From NCBI RefSeq assembly GCF_037126435.1, contig NZ_CP147020.1, positions 1,587,293 to 1,651,292 of the forward strand: a DNA stretch of 64,000 nt. The letters are read 5' to 3'. The stretch comes from Bernardetia sp. ABR2-2B. Lineage in GTDB: Bacteria; Bacteroidota; Bacteroidia; Cytophagales; Bernardetiaceae. Both the position numbers and the translations under genes were made by a program. This document shows positions 58,616-64,000 of this stretch, piece after piece; within the stretch, counting starts at the first letter, position 1, and every line of letters starts with the position of its first letter. The notes beneath the pieces are model-generated. The model was not told where the DNA came from, ran no database searches, and worked only from the letters and a program-made list of their open reading frames with translations.

Positions 58616-59065
58616 TTATCTAAAAGAAACATTTTTTTTATTCTCAACAGAATAATAAATAGCGACTTCTTCTCCTACGCTCAAATTATCATATTGATTT
58701 TTGGTAAGTTCTACGCTTGTAGAAGTAAGGTCGTCTGTTCTGCCAATTTCTTTTCCTGTGTTTTTCACTCCTTCTCCGATATCTTCCAAAACATCTTCCA
58801 AGTTTTCATTTACTCCGTTTGTATTTTTTTCTGATTGAGAAACTTCAGGAGAGGCAAAATAATACAAAACAGCAAAATATTTCAAATCTGCACCTTTATT
58901 TTCTGTGTACTTATTAGTAATACGAGCTTCTACTGGAACTTTATCATCAAAAACATCTGTTCCTTGAGAAACTGTTCTTTTGGCACATGAAGAAAATAGC
59001 AAAGCAAAAGAAAATAAGAGTGCAATTATAAAAGAACTGTTTTTTAGTTTTTTTGAGGTTAGCAT
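58616..59065 (-). CDS. hypothetical lipoprotein
   Basis: Met at 59065 gives MLTSKKLKNSSFIIALLFSFALLFSSCAK (lipobox). Confidence 0.5.
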   Translation of the reverse strand: MLTSKKLKNSSFIIALLFSFALLFSSCAKRTVSQGTDVFDDKVPVEARITNKYTENKGADLKYFAVLYYFASPEVSQSEKNTNGVNENLEDVLEDIGEGVKNTGKEIGRTDDLTSTSVELTKNQYDNLSVGEEVAIYYSVENKKNVSFR

Positions 59066-59281
59066 AATTCTAAAAATTGAGTTTAAAAAATAAAGATTAA
59101 AAAATTTAGATTTTTGAAAATCTACACTATATAACATTCTTGATTATAGAATTGTTTGATTTGCTCCAATTATTGATTTCATTTTTATTTTGTGTAAATT
59201 ACTCTAAAGTCTCTTATTGTTAATAAGAGATTTTGTAAAAAACCAAGTTCACGCTTATCATTTTTATCAAAATATTCAATT

Positions 59282-62233
59282 ATGAAAAAGCAATCTTTTT
59301 TACTCTCATTTTTCTTACTGCTTACTTTTAGCTTTACATTTTTTATCTCTCCTAACCTGTATGCACAAGGTTGGCTAGACAAAATCAAGAAAAAAGCAAA
59401 AGAAAAAACAGAAGAAATCCAAGAAAAAATTGAAGAAGCAGTAGAAGAAAAAACCGAAAAAGAAGTTGAGACTGCAACAGAAAAAGAGTTTAAAGAGCTT
59501 CGTACTTCTTACGATACTTCTACTTTTGGTTATGCCATTGCTTTTATTGATAATACTGATTTGTATGAAGAGCAACAAAGAGGACAAAAAGCCAAGCGTT
59601 TTTTGATGCGCTTATCTGATAATATAGGAATCACAGAAAACACACAAAAAGACCCTTTAGCAAAGGCAAAAAATTATTATGATTTGGGAGAAATAGCTTA
59701 CTCTTCTCGTTATTATAAGAGGGCTGAAGAAAATTTCTTAAAATCTGAAGAAGAGTTCAAAAAATTAAATAAAACTTCTCATCCACTTTATCCTAAACTT
59801 GTAAATAATTTAGGCTTACTTTATTATACCATAAAACACCTTTCAGATGCTGAGGAATATATTCAAGAAGCACTCAAAATAAGCCAAAAAGAAAAAGGAG
59901 AAAACTACACAGCAGCCCTAAACAATCAAGCAATGATTTGGAAAGACAAGGGGCTTTATACAGAATCAGAAAAACAATTTGAACAAATCAAGAAAATTCA
60001 AACTCAAAATAAGCAAGAGTATAGCATATCGGCAGCTATTGTTTTGAATAACCAAGCTATTTTATTTCAAGAATTAGGACGTTATAAGGAAGCTGAAAAG
60101 TACCTGTCTCAAGCCATGGAAATTGCTGCGCTGACTTTAAAAGGAACATCAAATACATATCAGCGTTTTTTAATTAATCAAGCTCTTTTGTATCAACAGA
60201 TGAAGCGTTATCAAGAGGCTGAAACTCTTTTTCTGCAAAGTATAGAGTTAAAAGAAAAACGAATAGGAACACGCAACCACCCAGATTTGGCACACATGCT
60301 GACTGGTTTGGCTGGCTTATATATAGAAATAGGAAAAACTGAAAAGACAGAGGAATTACTTTTAGAAGCTCAACGAATTTATGAAAAAAAACTGGGAGCA
60401 GACAATCTTTCTTATGCAAAGGCAAGTAATTATTTAGGTCAATTTTATAAGAATCAAAATCAACTAAAAAAATCAGAAAAACAACTCAAAATAGCTCTAA
60501 AAATCAGAGAACAACAGCTTGGAGAAAATCATGTCAAGACAATAGAAACAAAAGAACAGTTAGCTTTACTGTATTGGAAACAAGATAAAGTAGAAAAAAG
60601 TATAGAGTTATTTGAAAATGTAATTGCTCATAATTATGATTTCATCAAAAACTACTTTCCTGCAATGAGCGAAACTGAAAAAGAACGATACTGGGACAAA
60701 ATCCGTCCTACTTTCTTGCGTTTTTACAATTTTGTCGTGGATACAGAAAAAAAATATCCCAATGAATATCCTATGCTCGTTACACAGATGCACAACGCAC
60801 ATCTTGCAACAAAAGCAATTTTACTCAACACAACCAACCGAATAAAAAAAGGTGTTTTGAGAAGTAATAATCAAAGATTAAAAAATGATTACAAAAAATG
60901 GATAAAAAATAGAGAACAACTTATAAAACTTTATGCCTACACACCCGAAGAGCTTAAAGAACAAGGAATTGACAGAGACAAAATAGAAAAAGAAACTAAT
61001 CAAATTGAAAAAAGATTATCAGAGAGCCTTCCAAATCTTTTCAAAGAAAATGACCTCAAAACATATCAAGATATTCGCAATGCTTTACCACAAAACACTG
61101 CTTTTGTAGATATAATTTCGTTTCCAAAATACAATAATGACCAACTCTCAGAAAATCAATATGTTGCCTTGATTGGAACTCCAGATTATGATGCTCCAAA
61201 AATCGTTTTCTTAAAAGATGGAAATGAACTAGATAATGAAGATTTTTTCTATAACCGAAACAATATTCAATTTCAATTAGAAGACAGAGAAAGTTTTTTA
61301 GCTTATTGGAAACCAATTTATGACAAACTGGAAAAAATAAAATCAGAAGAGCCTACAGAGAGAATTTTTGTTTCTTTAGATGGAATTTATAATCAAATCA
61401 GTATAAATACGCTCCAAGTTTCTGACACTTCGTATGTCATTGACCATCAAAACCTTATATTTCTAAATAATTTAAAGGACTTGACAAGGAAAAAAAGTTA
61501 TGCTAATACAACCAAAGATAACAAGGTCGTTTTGGTAGGTTATCCAAATTATGGAAATCAAGGAAAAATCACACCTCTCCCTGGAACTAAAGTAGAGATA
61601 GAGACTATCAAAACTTTATTGCAAAAAAGTGGACAAAGAACACAAACGATATTAGGAAATTCGGCAGATGAAAAAACAATTAAGGCTATCCAAAAACCTC
61701 GTATTTTACATATTGCAACTCACGGTTTTTTCTTGGCTGATAGTAAAGTTTCTAGTGGAGACAATGCTCGTTCGTTTGGTTTACAGGCAAACTTAGTTCG
61801 TCAGAATCCACTTTTGCGTTCGGGTTTGATGTTTACTGATGCAGAATCAGCTTTAAATACCCAAAACTCAAAAGAAAAAACAGAAAGCAACAACGGAATC
61901 TTGACAGCCTATGAAGCTAGAGGATTAGATTTGGAAGGAACAGAACTTGTCGTTTTGAGTGCCTGTGAAACAGGTTTGGGTGATATAAAAGCAGGTGAAG
62001 GAGTTTACGGACTTCAAAGAGCCTTTCAACTGGCAGGAGCAAAATCAACTATTATGAGTCTTTGGCAAGTGAGTGATGAAGCAACAGCCAAACTAATGAC
62101 CTACTTCTATGAAAATTGGGCAACAACTAAAGATGTAAATAAAGCATTCAGAGAAGCACAAGAAAAACTCAAAACAGAATACCCAGAGCCTTATTTTTGG
62201 GGTGCTTTTATGCTTATTCAGACAGAGAAGTAA
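59282..62233 (+). CDS. secreted TPR-repeat protein with a C-terminal CHAT (caspase-like) domain
   Basis: Signal peptide. A coiled-coil KE-rich segment. About 8 TPR-like repeats. CHAT hallmarks: His motif ILHIATHGFF and Cys motif VVLSACETGLGD, then …GLQRAFQLAGAKSTIMSLW…. Confidence 0.75.
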   Translation: MKKQSFLLSFFLLLTFSFTFFISPNLYAQGWLDKIKKKAKEKTEEIQEKIEEAVEEKTEKEVETATEKEFKELRTSYDTSTFGYAIAFIDNTDLYEEQQRGQKAKRFLMRLSDNIGITENTQKDPLAKAKNYYDLGEIAYSSRYYKRAEENFLKSEEEFKKLNKTSHPLYPKLVNNLGLLYYTIKHLSDAEEYIQEALKISQKEKGENYTAALNNQAMIWKDKGLYTESEKQFEQIKKIQTQNKQEYSISAAIVLNNQAILFQELGRYKEAEKYLSQAMEIAALTLKGTSNTYQRFLINQALLYQQMKRYQEAETLFLQSIELKEKRIGTRNHPDLAHMLTGLAGLYIEIGKTEKTEELLLEAQRIYEKKLGADNLSYAKASNYLGQFYKNQNQLKKSEKQLKIALKIREQQLGENHVKTIETKEQLALLYWKQDKVEKSIELFENVIAHNYDFIKNYFPAMSETEKERYWDKIRPTFLRFYNFVVDTEKKYPNEYPMLVTQMHNAHLATKAILLNTTNRIKKGVLRSNNQRLKNDYKKWIKNREQLIKLYAYTPEELKEQGIDRDKIEKETNQIEKRLSESLPNLFKENDLKTYQDIRNALPQNTAFVDIISFPKYNNDQLSENQYVALIGTPDYDAPKIVFLKDGNELDNEDFFYNRNNIQFQLEDRESFLAYWKPIYDKLEKIKSEEPTERIFVSLDGIYNQISINTLQVSDTSYVIDHQNLIFLNNLKDLTRKKSYANTTKDNKVVLVGYPNYGNQGKITPLPGTKVEIETIKTLLQKSGQRTQTILGNSADEKTIKAIQKPRILHIATHGFFLADSKVSSGDNARSFGLQANLVRQNPLLRSGLMFTDAESALNTQNSKEKTESNNGILTAYEARGLDLEGTELVVLSACETGLGDIKAGEGVYGLQRAFQLAGAKSTIMSLWQVSDEATAKLMTYFYENWATTKDVNKAFREAQEKLKTEYPEPYFWGAFMLIQTEK

Positions 62234-62354
62234 AAAAATAGCGCATTGATAATCAACAACTTTTAAACTAATTTAAGAATATAATAAACTATTCAGACTT
62301 AAACAACGTACATACACAAATCTAATTTATTCAAATAGCCAAAAAATATTTTCC

Positions 62355-64000
62355 ATGAAAATATACGAAATAGTTGTTATTGCCTTATTCATTATTACTA
62401 TTATTCTTCAATTTTTCAATATAGGCGAAGATACAGCCTTGATAATTTTGCTTTCGGCAGATACTCTTTTGGCTCTTTCTTATTTTATTGGTGGCTATTG
62501 GTTATTTAAAAAGAAACAAAATGATGAGGAAGGAAATAAAAATAAAGCTATTTCTATTCTTGGAGGTTTTGCTTTTGGTATTGCTCTTATTTGCTTTTGG
62601 ACTAGGATAATAGTTACTCCAAATGAAATTATATCTTATCTTCCTTTTGCAAATATTGTATTTTTCGTAATTCTTTTGATTTTAATAATTATCAAAAGAA
62701 ATGATTCTATTTTCACAAAAAATAATAAGCCTATTTTGATTCGTTCTTTTGTCATTCTTATCATAACCTGTTTTTTCTTTTATGTTCCTATAGAATTTGA
62801 GCCTTATAATGATTTGATTCGTTCTATGAACGTAAGTAGCAAAAGATTACAGCACAATCTAAATATGGCAAAATACCACGAGAAAGCTAAAATAGAATTA
62901 GATAATGAAAATTATGAAAAAGCTGTTGAATATGCTGAAATAGCTGAATTAGAAGGTAGAAGAGGTTTTTTGCTTCCTGATAACCCTATTTTTTTAGAAA
63001 ATGGAGAAGTAGATACTACCTTTTTTAAAAAATTACCTTTGAGAAATATGAATCTTGTATATGCTAGACTTTATACTGCTTATACTAATTTGGCAAATGA
63101 GAATTTAGAAAATGATGATGATCAACAAGCTCTAAAAAATTATGAAATAGCGCATCAAATTCTTTACATCTATAACCTTAATGATGGACAATGGGAACAA
63201 CAAAATGTCATTTCTTTCGCTAATATGGGTAAAGCTTTGAGTTACTTAAATCGATTTGAAGAAGCTGATGATGAATTTAACAAGGCTTTTTTATTAATTG
63301 ACTCTTCAAATGTTGATTCAAAAAAAATTAGCTTTGCTTATAGTGTAACTGCGAAATCTTTAGCTATGAGAGAGCTTTATGAAGAATCAAATAACTATCA
63401 TAAAGCTTCTATTGATATTCAATTACAAAGTTCTATACATACAGATAGTAAAGAATATTTAGCTGAAAACTATATGGAAATGGGTAAGAATTATGTTTTT
63501 TTATTAAAAACAGATAAAGCTATACAAGCTTATCAACAAGTATTTCATTATTCAAATAAAAATAGTGATACATACAGGCAAACTTGTATTTATTATGGAA
63601 TTGTAAATTTTCAACTTTATAACTATGAAAAAGCTGAATCTATTTTTTTGGAATGTATAAAACTATATGGAAATATACAAGACGGACTATCAAATGTGGG
63701 CGTAAGTAAAAATCTTCTAGCAAGAAACTATATTCAACTAAATAAATACAAAGAGGCTGAAAAATTCTTGCAAGAAGGAATCGAAATTACAAGGACAGAA
63801 GAAGGAAAGACAAGTTCGAATTATGTGTTTGCTTTATCTGTCTATGCAAATCTAAATTCTATTTTGAGTAATTATAAAGAAGCAGAAAAGCAATATCAAG
63901 AAGCATTTGAATTAAGTAAAAACAGATCTGGAAAGAACAGCTCTGAAACCATTCAATTGTTCATTCAACTAGCAAACACGAAGATAAATCTTTCTAAGTT
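62355..64000 (+). CDS. TPR-repeat membrane protein (3' end outside window)
   Basis: ATG at 62355. 4 TM helices in the first roughly 150 aa, then repeated TPR-like helices (…YEKAVEYAEIAEL…, …YHKASIDIQL…). The frame is open to the window end. Confidence 0.55.
   Translation, partial: MKIYEIVVIALFIITIILQFFNIGEDTALIILLSADTLLALSYFIGGYWLFKKKQNDEEGNKNKAISILGGFAFGIALICFWTRIIVTPNEIISYLPFANIVFFVILLILIIIKRNDSIFTKNNKPILIRSFVILIITCFFFYVPIEFEPYNDLIRSMNVSSKRLQHNLNMAKYHEKAKIELDNENYEKAVEYAEIAELEGRRGFLLPDNPIFLENGEVDTTFFKKLPLRNMNLVYARLYTAYTNLANENLENDDDQQALKNYEIAHQILYIYNLNDGQWEQQNVISFANMGKALSYLNRFEEADDEFNKAFLLIDSSNVDSKKISFAYSVTAKSLAMRELYEESNNYHKASIDIQLQSSIHTDSKEYLAENYMEMGKNYVFLLKTDKAIQAYQQVFHYSNKNSDTYRQTCIYYGIVNFQLYNYEKAESIFLECIKLYGNIQDGLSNVGVSKNLLARNYIQLNKYKEAEKFLQEGIEITRTEEGKTSSNYVFALSVYANLNSILSNYKEAEKQYQEAFELSKNRSGKNSSETIQLFIQLANTKINLSK

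Noticed and set aside
1-64000. CRISPR array / rRNA / tRNA search
   Set aside because: No regularly spaced direct repeats. The three hairpin repeats are 16 kb and 7 kb apart. No rRNA-like conserved blocks or cloverleaf candidates were seen.

Overview
AT-rich (about 30% GC) chromosomal segment that looks like Bacteroidota, probably Cytophagia/Flexibacter-like. The evidence is a SusC-type TonB-dependent receptor, abundant lipoproteins, a TAnnTTTG-type promoter motif and a large glycosyltransferase cluster. Gene density is high and there are no rRNA or tRNA genes and no CRISPR array.

Main blocks:
- 1-6.5 kb: housekeeping and secreted proteins. These include an amidohydrolase fragment, a beta-lactamase-family lipoprotein, an aspartyl-protease/PDZ lipoprotein and a DUF1684 protein.
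- 6.5-19.3 kb: a minus-strand surface locus. A membrane 7TMR-DISM receptor fused to a LytTR DNA-binding domain sits upstream of a 2053-aa secreted giant protein, a 696-aa multi-FN3 secreted protein and a roughly 555-aa outer-membrane beta-barrel gene that is broken by a 1-nt indel in a T7 tract. This is the most interesting candidate for an undescribed cell-surface or secretion system.
- 19.3-20.2 kb: a perfect 44-bp palindrome followed by a decayed IS256-family transposase stub.
- 20.2-45.7 kb: one long minus-strand run. It holds a two_anch double-TM membrane protein, an M48 metallopeptidase and a roughly 19-kb polysaccharide biosynthesis cluster ending in cmk. The cluster has 6 GT4-type, 2 GT2 and 1 GT32-like glycosyltransferases, 2 methyltransferases, a Gfo/Idh/MocA-epimerase fusion, a Capsule_synth-like protein and two paralogous Wzy-like membrane proteins.
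- 45.8-58 kb: mixed genes. These include an EEP-domain membrane protein, an orphan NuoA/ND3-like protein beside a WecA/MraY-family transferase, a SerC-like aminotransferase, plsC, truB, a TMEM175-like channel and a TonB-dependent receptor.
- 58.6-64 kb: a secreted TPR-CHAT protease-like protein plus a TPR membrane protein.

Non-coding signal includes a three-copy hairpin repeat family (core GCTAAAACACCAACAAAGG) at gene 3' ends, a 189-bp MITE-like element with 15-18-bp terminal inverted repeats, and several long perfect palindromes.
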